Assembly: GCA_024278215.1 (NCBI GenBank)
Contig: JAJRTR010000152.1
Coordinates: forward strand, 1-34,552
Direction of reading: 5' to 3'
DNA length: 34,552 nucleotides
Source: a bacterium
GTDB taxonomy: Bacteria > UBP15 > UBA6099 > JAJRTR01
Shown here: piece by piece, positions 17,062 to 25,407 of the stretch
Layout of the letters: each line of letters opens with the position of its first letter
Position numbering within the stretch: the stretch's first letter is position 1
Made by a program: the position numbers and the translations under genes
The notes under the pieces: generated by a model
What the model was told of the DNA's origin: nothing
The model's input: only the letters and a program-made list of their open reading frames with translations
The model's database searches: none

Positions 17062-17802
17062 TTATTTGCTCGCCGCTATCATTCTTGTAAGCTCGGCAGA
17101 CTTTGCCGGATCGAATGCGGAAAGGATCTCCGCGACGGTTTTTTCTTTCATTTTACCAAGTATGCTGACCTTCTCGGCATCAGTCATATTATTTAGAATA
17201 TCGACCGAAGTGTCTGCGTCGATCTTTTCAAAAATCTTGCCCACGAGCCTGTAGTTTGATGTTGTGGAGCTACTGCCGGCACCCGCCTTGGCGGATGTGC
17301 CCGCAGGTGCCGCGCGTGTTGCAGCCTGCGCTGCCGGTGCGGCAGTCCGCACTGCCGCACTTGTCTGTACACTCTCATCAAGCCCATACTCGGTAATGTC
17401 TTTCAGGGCCTTTTTTATCTTATCTATGTCGCCCTGCATACTTTCAATCTGCTTTGACACATCATCGAGTTTCTTCAGGTCTCCCTTGATTTCTTTTATG
17501 TCCGTTTCAGCCCTGATGACATTGCTGCGGAGGTCTTTGACGCTTATGACCTTTTCGGGCGAGAGTTGCTCGGCATCTTCGTGCAGCGCTCCTGTGAACA
17601 GGTTGATCACAGGAGTGTCTTTCGTCGCTTGGTACAGCGATTCTTCGGGACCTCTAAGCGCGCCCGACATATGCAGAACCGCCACGACAAGTCCTATCAA
17701 AGCAATGACCAGCAGCGCCCATAACCAGGCGTAACTGCGCGCCGGAACCTCGTAGTATTCCTCAGCCACTGCATTGCCAGTATTCTCACTCCTCTTAGCC
17801 AT
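17062..17802 (-). CDS. FlbB/YlxF/MotE-like flagellar membrane protein (TM, coiled coil, MgtE-N-like C-domain)
   Basis: N-terminal TM, heptad region, C-terminal KIFEKID...ILGKMKEKTVAEILSAFDPAKSAELT; position between fliJ and fliK. Confidence 0.75.
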   Translation of the reverse strand: MAKRSENTGNAVAEEYYEVPARSYAWLWALLVIALIGLVVAVLHMSGALRGPEESLYQATKDTPVINLFTGALHEDAEQLSPEKVISVKDLRSNVIRAETDIKEIKGDLKKLDDVSKQIESMQGDIDKIKKALKDITEYGLDESVQTSAAVRTAAPAAQAATRAAPAGTSAKAGAGSSSTTSNYRLVGKIFEKIDADTSVDILNNMTDAEKVSILGKMKEKTVAEILSAFDPAKSAELTRMIAASK

Positions 17803-17846
17803 AAGAGTACCTTCCCATGAATATTATTAACAGATTATTATCCTGC

Positions 17847-18488
17847 TTATCCTTCGCCGGATAATTTATTCATTATCGTCTCGATATACTTCTTTGTTTC
17901 CGCGTAAGGCGGAATGCCTTTGTAGGTTTCCACCGCCTTGGGGCCCGCATTATATGCCGACAGCGCGAGTGACGGATCGCCGCCGAAACGTTCCAGCATG
18001 GACTTCAGGTAGCGCGCGCCTCCGTCTATATTCTCCGCAGGGTCGAAAGGATTTTTTACATTCAGCCCCTTCGCCGTACCGGGCATAAGCTGCATCAGGC
18101 CCATAGCGCCCTTGTGGGATACAGCCGCCGGGTTGTAATTCGATTCCGCGTCGACCACCGCATCCAGTAGTTTCCTGTCGATATGATATTTCGCCGATGC
18201 CTGCTCGATGAGTGTGTTGATCTGCTTCTTGTCGATTTTATCTGTTTTGAATGTGCCCGGCGCGAAAAGCCGTTCGGGAAGTTCGTTTTTTGCCTCGACA
18301 CCCTTCCCTTCGGTTTTGTTCGCGTCCTGCATGTTCTTTTCGAGCTGCGCCTTGAACTCTGGGCTTAATTCCGCCGGCTGTGGAATCTTCGGACCGAATT
18401 TTTTCTGGATATACTCGATCCGTTCCATCATCCTGGCCATGCCCCATTCGGACGGGCTGGTCTTCATTTGAAATATTCCGGACTGCAT
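17847..18488 (-). CDS. Soluble lytic transglycosylase (SLT domain)
   Basis: AESNYNP (catalytic Glu), [34 protein letters not shown]; no signal peptide. Confidence 0.95.
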   Translation of the reverse strand: MQSGIFQMKTSPSEWGMARMMERIEYIQKKFGPKIPQPAELSPEFKAQLEKNMQDANKTEGKGVEAKNELPERLFAPGTFKTDKIDKKQINTLIEQASAKYHIDRKLLDAVVDAESNYNPAAVSHKGAMGLMQLMPGTAKGLNVKNPFDPAENIDGGARYLKSMLERFGGDPSLALSAYNAGPKAVETYKGIPPYAETKKYIETIMNKLSGEG

Positions 18489-18506
18489 TTGCCGATCCCT
18501 CTATTC

Positions 18507-18983
18507 TTATACTCTGGTCGTCTGCGCGGTCGGGTCAAGCCCCCGCTGCGACCTTATGTATTTTATCGCCGATACTTCGTCAAGTACTTTCTGGTTCTTC
18601 ATTTCCTCTTCGTATCGATATTTTTCAAGCGCTTTCTCCCTTGCGCGCAACATGACTTCTTTCTGTTTTCTCGCCTCGACCAGTTCACCCTGTTTCTCGA
18701 CCATGTCACGCCTTGCCTGCTCGGTGCGCTGGTCCTGCATCTCTATCTGCATTTCTATCACATGTATGTAGGAATGATAGAAAGAGAGTGTCGTCACCGA
18801 GACCTTTTCGACGGCAGTCTCTTCGCGCATCGCCTGGTGATACTGGTTCCTGATCTCCCTTAGTCTTTCGCCCCTCTGTTTGTTCTCAAGATAGATGCGT
18901 TGCTTTTCAGCAAGCTCCATTTTCTTCATGTTTTCAAGGAACTTGCGGTAATCGAGAACAGATTTAAGGCGGAATTTGAACAT
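18507..18983 (-). CDS. fliJ: Flagellar export protein FliJ
   Basis: MFKFRLKSVLDYR N-terminus, coiled coil, NQKVLDE; TGATG overlap with fliI. Confidence 0.92.
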   Translation of the reverse strand: MFKFRLKSVLDYRKFLENMKKMELAEKQRIYLENKQRGERLREIRNQYHQAMREETAVEKVSVTTLSFYHSYIHVIEMQIEMQDQRTEQARRDMVEKQGELVEARKQKEVMLRAREKALEKYRYEEEMKNQKVLDEVSAIKYIRSQRGLDPTAQTTRV

Positions 18984-20311
18984 CAGTCAGCGAAAATCCC
19001 TTTCAACGCTTTCTGCGCGTCTTCATATTCCACCTTTTCAAACAGGCCCTGCTTTATAAAGGAATTCATCCATTCAATTTTCTGTATCGCATAGTCTATC
19101 TTCGGGTTGCTTTCCTTGACGTAAGCACCGATATTTATAAGGTCTTCGGAATCCTTATATATCGACATCACTTCTCTGAACCTTCGCGCCAGTTGCAAGT
19201 GTTCCTCGCTAGTGACATCCGGCATGACACGGCTTATGCTTTGCAGGACATCGACCGCCGGGTATATATTACGCGCGGCGAGATCGCGCGAAAGGACAAT
19301 GTGCCCGTCGAGAATGGACCGGCATGTGTCCGCCACGGGTTCGTTCATATCGTCGGCCTCGACAAGTATGTTGTACAGGCCGGTGATCGAACCTTTCTTG
19401 GCCATGCTGCTGCGCTCGAGCAGCTTGGGCAACACTGAAAACAGCGAAGGCGTGTAACCCCTTGTCGTGGGCGGTTCGCCTGTCGCAAGCCCGATGTCCC
19501 TCTGTGCGAATGCAAAGCGTGTGATCGAGTCGATCATCAATACCACATCTTTACCTTTATCCCTGAAATACTCCGCAATTGTCGTCGCCAGGTATGCGCC
19601 CTTCTGGCGTATCAGCGGCGACTGGTCGGATGTCGCAACTACAACGACTGATCGCGAGAGGCCCTCTTCGCCCAGGTCGCGTTCCAGGAATTCACGGACC
19701 TCTCTGCCGCGCTCTCCGATAAGCCCTATAACATTCAGGCTGGCTCGCGTGAATCTTGCGATCATTCCCATCGTCGAACTTTTTCCTACGCCGGACCCCG
19801 AGAAAATACCTATCCGCTGTCCTTTGCCGATGGTGAACAATCCGTCTATCGCGCGGATACCCAGTGCCATGGGCTCCGTGATCCTGCGCCTTTCGAGCGG
19901 CTTGGGCGGTGCTGTATGAATCGGCGCGGGCCTCGCGCCGAGAATCGGGCCTTTCCCGTCTATTGGGTTCCCGAGCCCGTCGAGCACCCGTCCCACAAGC
20001 GCGTCGGACACCATCACCGACAGCGGATTGCCCGATGCGTGCACTTCGCAACCGGGGCTGATCCCGTACATGTCTCCGAACGGCATCAGCAACAACTTTT
20101 CGCCCCTGAAGCCCACCACCTCGCAGGGGACTCTCTTGCCGCCCTTGCTCAGATGAATTTCACAATATTCGCCCATCGCGGCATTGGGGCCCTGCGATTC
20201 GATCACGACGCCGATTACATCGGTTACCCGCCCGATCTGCTTGATCAGGTTCAGGCCGCCGATAAGGTTGTTGAAATCGTCTACCCTGTTTGCCGGTTTG
20301 ATGTTCGCCAT
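18983..20311 (-). CDS. fliI: Flagellar export ATPase FliI
   Basis: GQRIGIFSGSGVGKS (Walker A), IGERGREVREF, DSITRFA, GEPPTTRGYTPS, ILDGHIVLSR. Confidence 0.98.
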   Translation of the reverse strand: MANIKPANRVDDFNNLIGGLNLIKQIGRVTDVIGVVIESQGPNAAMGEYCEIHLSKGGKRVPCEVVGFRGEKLLLMPFGDMYGISPGCEVHASGNPLSVMVSDALVGRVLDGLGNPIDGKGPILGARPAPIHTAPPKPLERRRITEPMALGIRAIDGLFTIGKGQRIGIFSGSGVGKSSTMGMIARFTRASLNVIGLIGERGREVREFLERDLGEEGLSRSVVVVATSDQSPLIRQKGAYLATTIAEYFRDKGKDVVLMIDSITRFAFAQRDIGLATGEPPTTRGYTPSLFSVLPKLLERSSMAKKGSITGLYNILVEADDMNEPVADTCRSILDGHIVLSRDLAARNIYPAVDVLQSISRVMPDVTSEEHLQLARRFREVMSIYKDSEDLINIGAYVKESNPKIDYAIQKIEWMNSFIKQGLFEKVEYEDAQKALKGIFAD

Positions 20312-20322
20312 TATTTTATTTG

Positions 20323-21207
20323 TTACTCTTCGTCTTCGTCGTTACTGTCCATCGCCCTCATGACAGCTGCTTCCACATCCTGGAACTGGCGGTCGATCTG
20401 CGCGTCCACCGTTCCGCTTTCCGTCTGCACTATGCACCCGCCAGCTTCGACCTGCGGCGATGCCTTGAATTTTATCGTTTCGTGGTTGTCAAGAACTCCC
20501 AGCACTTCGCTGCCCGCTTTTTTCAGCACTTCAAGGTCCAGCGGGTTGACGTGCACTACGAATCTCTTTTTGAAACTTACCTGCGCCAGCGCGTTTTTCA
20601 CAACTCCGATTACCGTTCGCGGATCGGTCATTATTTCTTTCTGGAGAACTTTTCGCGCCACTCCCAGCGCCATCTTTGCAATATCTTTCTGCGCGTCGGC
20701 CAGTATCTGCACATGATATGACTTAAGCTGCTCGATTACTTCCTTCACCATATTCACAGAGTCGCGGGTTTCGTCCAGCCCTGTATTTTTGCCTTTACCG
20801 AATCCGTCGTCGTATCCTTTTTTATAGCCGTCTTCCTCACCGGCTTTATATCCGTAGGCATATCCTTCTTTTTTCGCCTGCTCGGCGTCCGCCTCGGCCT
20901 GCGCACCCAGTTGTTCTGCTTCCTGCTGCGCGTTCGCCCTGATCTGTTCGGCATCGCTCGCGGCTTCCTGCGCCACACGTTCCGCATCCGCCCGGGCCTG
21001 GGCCATCAGTCTTTCGGCTTCCCTTTTTATCTCTTCAATATCAATCGCAGGCTCTTCAGGCTGCTGCTCGCCGTCAAGTTCCGATTCAAAGCCGTCATTA
21101 TCCATGTAACGCGCTACGATCCTGCCGTCACTCGGCAGGTGGTCGAACGTCATAGGTATGATAACCGCCTGTTTTTCCTCAATATCTGCGCTTTTAATAA
21201 TTCTCAT
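20323..21207 (-). CDS. fliH: Flagellar assembly protein FliH
   Basis: GxxxG repeats (EGYAYGYKAGEEDGYKKGYDDG), VHVNPLD, GGCIVQTESGTVDA. Confidence 0.95.
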   Translation of the reverse strand: MRIIKSADIEEKQAVIIPMTFDHLPSDGRIVARYMDNDGFESELDGEQQPEEPAIDIEEIKREAERLMAQARADAERVAQEAASDAEQIRANAQQEAEQLGAQAEADAEQAKKEGYAYGYKAGEEDGYKKGYDDGFGKGKNTGLDETRDSVNMVKEVIEQLKSYHVQILADAQKDIAKMALGVARKVLQKEIMTDPRTVIGVVKNALAQVSFKKRFVVHVNPLDLEVLKKAGSEVLGVLDNHETIKFKASPQVEAGGCIVQTESGTVDAQIDRQFQDVEAAVMRAMDSNDEDEE

Positions 21208-21251
21208 CTGGTTTCTTCCCCTGGAGGGTTTGTGTTTCGGTTACCCCCGGC

Positions 21252-22262
21252 TCAAAGCATTTCGCCGCCTTCTGTACGGTAGTCCGCGATTTCGCCGGAT
21301 TCGATCATTCCTCTTATGGTGTTGACTATATGCTGCTGGGCTTCCTCAATTTCACGCAGCCTGACGGGACCCGCGAATTCCATGTCTTCCTTCAACATAT
21401 CCGCGGCTCGCTTCGACATGTTCCCGAAAATCTTCTGCTGCACTTCTTCCTTCATATTCTTGAGCGCTGTGGCGAGTTGTGCACTCTCCACCTGCCGCAA
21501 CACCTGCTGCACGTCGCGGTCTCCGATCTTCACGATGTCCTCGAACACGAACATGCGTTTCTTGATCTCTTCCGCCAGTTCCGGATCCTCTTCGGAGAGT
21601 TTGTCCATAATCTCCGACTCCGTCTTCCTGCCTACTCTGTTGAGTATTTCGACGACGCCTGCGATGCCGCCCGCTTCCGTATATTCCGGCGACAGGACCA
21701 TCGACAGCTTCTTTTCGAGAACTTTTTCCACTTCCTTTATTACTTCGGGACTCGTGCGGTCCATGGTGGCGATGCGTTTCGTGACCGAGACCTGGAGTGT
21801 CGGGTCGTTGAGGCTCTTAAGGATAAATGACGATTGCGCCGACGAGAGGTAAGACAAAATGAGCGCTATAGTCTGCGGGTGCTCGTTGCGTATGAAGTTA
21901 AGGAGCTGGGTGGGGTCCGACTTTCGAGCGAAATCGAACGGCGCGACATCGAGGAAGGTGGACAACCTGTTTATCACGTCCATCGCCTTGCCGGTGCCGA
22001 GTGCGCGTTCGAGTATATCCCTGGCGTAGTCGATGCCGCCTGCAAGTATGTATTCTTTTGCTACCGCGAGATTGTAGAACTCCTCGAGCACGTCCGATTT
22101 CATTTCAGGTGTCAGCTTGTTCATGCCGGCTATTTCAAGGGTGAGCCGCTCGATCTCATTGTCTGAAAGGTGCTTCAATATATTCGACGACACCTCTGGT
22201 CCAAGGGCAACCATCAGCATGGCTGCTTTTGTGAGCCCGCCCTTCTTTTTATCGTCTGCCAT
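21252..22262 (-). CDS. fliG: Flagellar motor switch protein FliG
   Basis: KAAMLMVALG, GGIDYAR, EHPQTIALIL, MFVFEDI, GPVRLREIEEAQQ. Confidence 0.98.
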   Translation of the reverse strand: MADDKKKGGLTKAAMLMVALGPEVSSNILKHLSDNEIERLTLEIAGMNKLTPEMKSDVLEEFYNLAVAKEYILAGGIDYARDILERALGTGKAMDVINRLSTFLDVAPFDFARKSDPTQLLNFIRNEHPQTIALILSYLSSAQSSFILKSLNDPTLQVSVTKRIATMDRTSPEVIKEVEKVLEKKLSMVLSPEYTEAGGIAGVVEILNRVGRKTESEIMDKLSEEDPELAEEIKKRMFVFEDIVKIGDRDVQQVLRQVESAQLATALKNMKEEVQQKIFGNMSKRAADMLKEDMEFAGPVRLREIEEAQQHIVNTIRGMIESGEIADYRTEGGEML

Positions 22263-22299
22263 ACTTTCGCTCCAGTCTCGTTTTTATCCCGACTTAACT

Positions 22300-23940
22300 T
22301 TATTCTTTGTCGTCGAAGAGCCATGATCTGATAATTAGCGCGGCGCCTTCCGGGTCGTCGTTGATCATCCGCAATACTTCTTCTTTGATCCGTTCCCGCG
22401 TGCGTTGCTCCGCCGTCAGCTCCGGTATCATCACGTCTTCTACAGGTACAGGCTCTTCGAGCGCATCCTCGTCAAACTCGTCTTCCTCCGGCAGTTCTTC
22501 TTTCACTACCGATGCTTTCAACATCATCCAGGAAAGTAGAAATACTACCAGTATCGCCAGTATCGCCAGTATCGCATAGATCAGCTTCCATATTCGTTTC
22601 CATTTTTCCTGCGCCGCCCAGAGCGCCTTCATGGAATCCGGGTTTTTCGTGAACTTGATTCCGATAACGGAGACCTTGTCGCCGCGTTTTTCCGCGTCCA
22701 GGTTCGCTGCCGCTATAACATTGTTCTGTATGTCCCTGATCCTTCTTCTGGTAATGTATGTTACCGGTTCGCCGTCTGCTTCTTCGTAGCTGATGTCCTC
22801 GTTGATCATGACGGCAACGGAGATTCTTCTTATATCACCCTGGTTCTTCTGTTTCTTGTCCAGGCGTTTCGTTATCTCGTAGTTGCGGGTTTCCTCGCTC
22901 CTGTTGTACTCGGCGTTTCCTTCGGCCAGTCCCTTATAGCCGGGGATGTTTGACGTCGTGCCGGGCACGCCGATTTCAGGCACTGTTCCCGTGCCGAGAT
23001 ATTTCTCTTCGATGATCTGCTCACTCCGAGTTATGCCGCTGTCGCCTACGACAGGTTCGTACACCTCGTCTTCCGTCGTATGCACGTCGTAGTCGAGTTC
23101 CGCGGTTACGACGACTACTACATTCTCGTCGCCCAGAACTTTGGCGAGCGCTTTGTAGATTTTCTGCTCGTACATGTCTTCGAGTTGTTTTTTGTGTTTA
23201 AGCTGGAGGTCGCTGAGACGTAGCTTTTCGTCGATTTTGTTTTTATCGTCAAGGTCGGAGAGTATGTCGCCCTTGTCGTCCACCACTGTTACGTTCTTCG
23301 GCTCCAGTCCCTTGATGGAAGCGGCGACGAGGTGGATGATGCCCCTTACCTGTTCCGGTTCCAGGCTGTGCCCTTTTTTGATCTTGATGGCAACCGCCGC
23401 TGTGGAGTCTTCGTCTTTGTCTATAAAAAGGCTGGGTTCAGCCTGCACGATCATGACCCGCGCATTTTCGACGGAATCAATCCCCATGATAGTGCGGCTC
23501 AATTCGCCTTCTATGGCTCGCCGCAGATTTATTTTTTGCTGAAAGTCTGTCGCGCCGAGCTTGGTATTGTCAAAGAGTTCATAACCGACAGTGCCCTTGC
23601 TTGGAAGCCCCTGCCCGGCCATCTCGAGCCGTTTCTCGAGCACCTTGCCACGGGGCACAAGGATGGCTGTGCCGTTTTCCGCCAGCCGGTAATCCACCTT
23701 CTCATCTTTCAACAATGCGACGATTGCCGACGCGTCTTCGCTCTCCAGGCCTGTAAACAACGTGCCGTAGCTGCTGGGCGAACCGCTGCGCAGTATGAGA
23801 AACACGGCGATTGCCATGAGCCCCACAATAAACGCCACGGTACCGCCCATCAGCGCATGTTTCTGTCTTTGTGTGAGACTGGCCCACCGTTCCACGAGGG
23901 TTTCCCTCAGAATTCTCAATCTTTCTTGTAAAGCATCCAT
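22300..23940 (-). CDS. fliF: MS-ring protein FliF
   Basis: Two TMs, GYELFD, RAIEGELSRTI, VPGTTSNIPGY, NYEITK, C-terminal DPEGAALIIRSWL. Confidence 0.98.
   Translation of the reverse strand: MDALQERLRILRETLVERWASLTQRQKHALMGGTVAFIVGLMAIAVFLILRSGSPSSYGTLFTGLESEDASAIVALLKDEKVDYRLAENGTAILVPRGKVLEKRLEMAGQGLPSKGTVGYELFDNTKLGATDFQQKINLRRAIEGELSRTIMGIDSVENARVMIVQAEPSLFIDKDEDSTAAVAIKIKKGHSLEPEQVRGIIHLVAASIKGLEPKNVTVVDDKGDILSDLDDKNKIDEKLRLSDLQLKHKKQLEDMYEQKIYKALAKVLGDENVVVVVTAELDYDVHTTEDEVYEPVVGDSGITRSEQIIEEKYLGTGTVPEIGVPGTTSNIPGYKGLAEGNAEYNRSEETRNYEITKRLDKKQKNQGDIRRISVAVMINEDISYEEADGEPVTYITRRRIRDIQNNVIAAANLDAEKRGDKVSVIGIKFTKNPDSMKALWAAQEKWKRIWKLIYAILAILAILVVFLLSWMMLKASVVKEELPEEDEFDEDALEEPVPVEDVMIPELTAEQRTRERIKEEVLRMINDDPEGAALIIRSWLFDDKE
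22548..22574. repeat. Perfect 3x 9-bp tandem repeat (CCAGTATCG) within fliF
   Basis: Read directly from the sequence; encodes AILAILAIL in the second TM helix. Confidence 0.9.
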
Positions 23941-23998
23941 TCAGTATCTCCCTGGACCTGAATTTTCATTCGCGGAATTCTTTCCGCTCATCGCCCCG

Positions 23999-24457
23999 TC
24001 ACTTTCCAAGTGTCAGGGCTTTCTCGAACATGCTCTTCGACGCGTTGATTGATGTGATATTAGCTTCATAAGCTCGTGAAGCGCTTATCAGGTCCACCAT
24101 TTCCTTTATCACATCGACATTCGGATATGCGACATAACCTTCGTTGTTGGCATCCGGATGGCCGGGTTCATACCTCAGTCTCGGCGGCGACGGGTCCTTC
24201 ATGATTTCGAGAACTTTCACGCCTTCGCCCGCATTTTCCATTTTTGTTTTTATCTTCATGGGCAGAAAGGGGAATTTCCTGAAAGTAACATCAGTCTTTG
24301 AAGCAAAAACCACGAGTTGCCGCTTGAACGGACCGCCTTCAGGTGTCCTTGTGGAATCCACGTTGGCTATATTACCGGCGATGACATCCATTCGCAGCCG
24401 CTGGGCGGTCAGCCCCGATGCGCTCGTGTCGATTGAACTGAACATTGCGTGCTTCAC
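23999..24457 (-). CDS. flgC: Basal-body rod protein FlgC (GTG start at 24457 or ATG at 24445)
   Basis: SASGLTAQRLRMDVIAGNIAN, YEPGHPDAN, PNVDVIKEMVDLISASRAYEAN. Confidence 0.97.
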   Translation of the reverse strand: MKHAMFSSIDTSASGLTAQRLRMDVIAGNIANVDSTRTPEGGPFKRQLVVFASKTDVTFRKFPFLPMKIKTKMENAGEGVKVLEIMKDPSPPRLRYEPGHPDANNEGYVAYPNVDVIKEMVDLISASRAYEANITSINASKSMFEKALTLGK

Positions 24458-24718
24458 TTTGTAGCACCAGCCTCTCTGAATCTAATCACTAAAATGCCGA
24501 TACAGCTTCCACCCTGAAGCCGCCGGTTTTGAAATTGCTGTTTTGCCTGTTGCTTTTGATCCGGATTCGCTGCATTTATCGTGCGTTCTCTTTGCCTCCA
24601 GATTCTACATGCACCCCCAAGCGCTTATAATAAACGCCATCTTTGCAATTTGAGAATCTTGTTGTGCGCACAACTCCCCCGACTTGTTGTCCGGATTCCT
24701 TATAACGAATTTCCTTAA

Positions 24719-24746
24719 TTTATATTAAAACCATTATATGTGTCAA
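24719..24746 (-). promoter_or_regulatory. Putative sigma70-type promoter of the flagellar operon (TTGACA-N16-TATAAA)
   Basis: Perfect -35 and 5/6 -10 in an AT-rich region about 260 bp upstream of flgC. Confidence 0.55.
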
Positions 24747-24774
24747 TATTAACTGGGCAAAAAGTTATTTTCGG

Positions 24775-25218
24775 TCAGCCTTTCCGGTCAAAAAAATGTG
24801 GGGCCTGTTTAGGTTTTTTGACAAATTTATCAAATATCCCTCGCGCTTCACGGAACACTTTCATGCTTTTGCTGTTTCTCTCCATAAACTCTTTTATACC
24901 GTCCATAACAGTTTCCTGCATTGCGTTGAGTTTTTTTACATTTTCCACAAGATCGGCCAGGAGTTCTTCCGTTTGCGCTCTTTCTTCGTCCGGAATCTTT
25001 ACTTTGACATCCCCGCCTTTGATCGGAAGTTCTTCAAAGGCCGTCTTCAATTCCGAAAAACCGGTCATGAAATTTTCAACTCCCTCAAGGAAGTTCTTAT
25101 CATACTTGCCGTTGGCTATTTGTGCTTTGACAGGTTCGGCGATCCGAGAAGTTGCCTGCACTTTTTTCAAACACTCTTGCAACGGTTCTTTTATCGAACC
25201 TTCAGGTAAATTATCCAT
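24775..25218 (-). CDS. Hypothetical helical protein, possibly a FlgN/FliT-like flagellar chaperone
   Basis: 147 aa, E/K-rich and helical, C-terminal PHFFDRKG; own promoter upstream; immediately before the flagellar operon. Confidence 0.6.
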   Translation of the reverse strand: MDNLPEGSIKEPLQECLKKVQATSRIAEPVKAQIANGKYDKNFLEGVENFMTGFSELKTAFEELPIKGGDVKVKIPDEERAQTEELLADLVENVKKLNAMQETVMDGIKEFMERNSKSMKVFREARGIFDKFVKKPKQAPHFFDRKG

Positions 25219-25247
25219 AAGATATTCTATAAAATTTATTTTCGCGA

Positions 25248-25276
25248 ATTATACTTAAAAAAATCAGAAAATTCAA
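25248..25276 (-). promoter_or_regulatory. Putative sigma70 promoter (TTGAAT-N17-TATAAT)
   Basis: Near-consensus hexamers with a 17-bp spacer, 30 bp upstream of the 147-aa ORF. Confidence 0.65.
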
Positions 25277-25407
25277 TTTATTCATCACTTATTTCAAATT
25301 TTCACCTGATCGTCATCATTTTCTTCATATCAGGATAATAACTTTGTTCGGAATAATTAATATCCGAAACGTATTATTCCCTTACGACTGAGATTCCGTG
25401 AATGATA

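Noticed and set aside
24458..24718. c-di-GMP riboswitch in the flgC, fliK or flgE leaders
   Set aside because: Expected from the context, but I could not find the class I GCAAA...GAAA...GACGCAAAG pattern or a class II pattern. A cmscan run would settle it.
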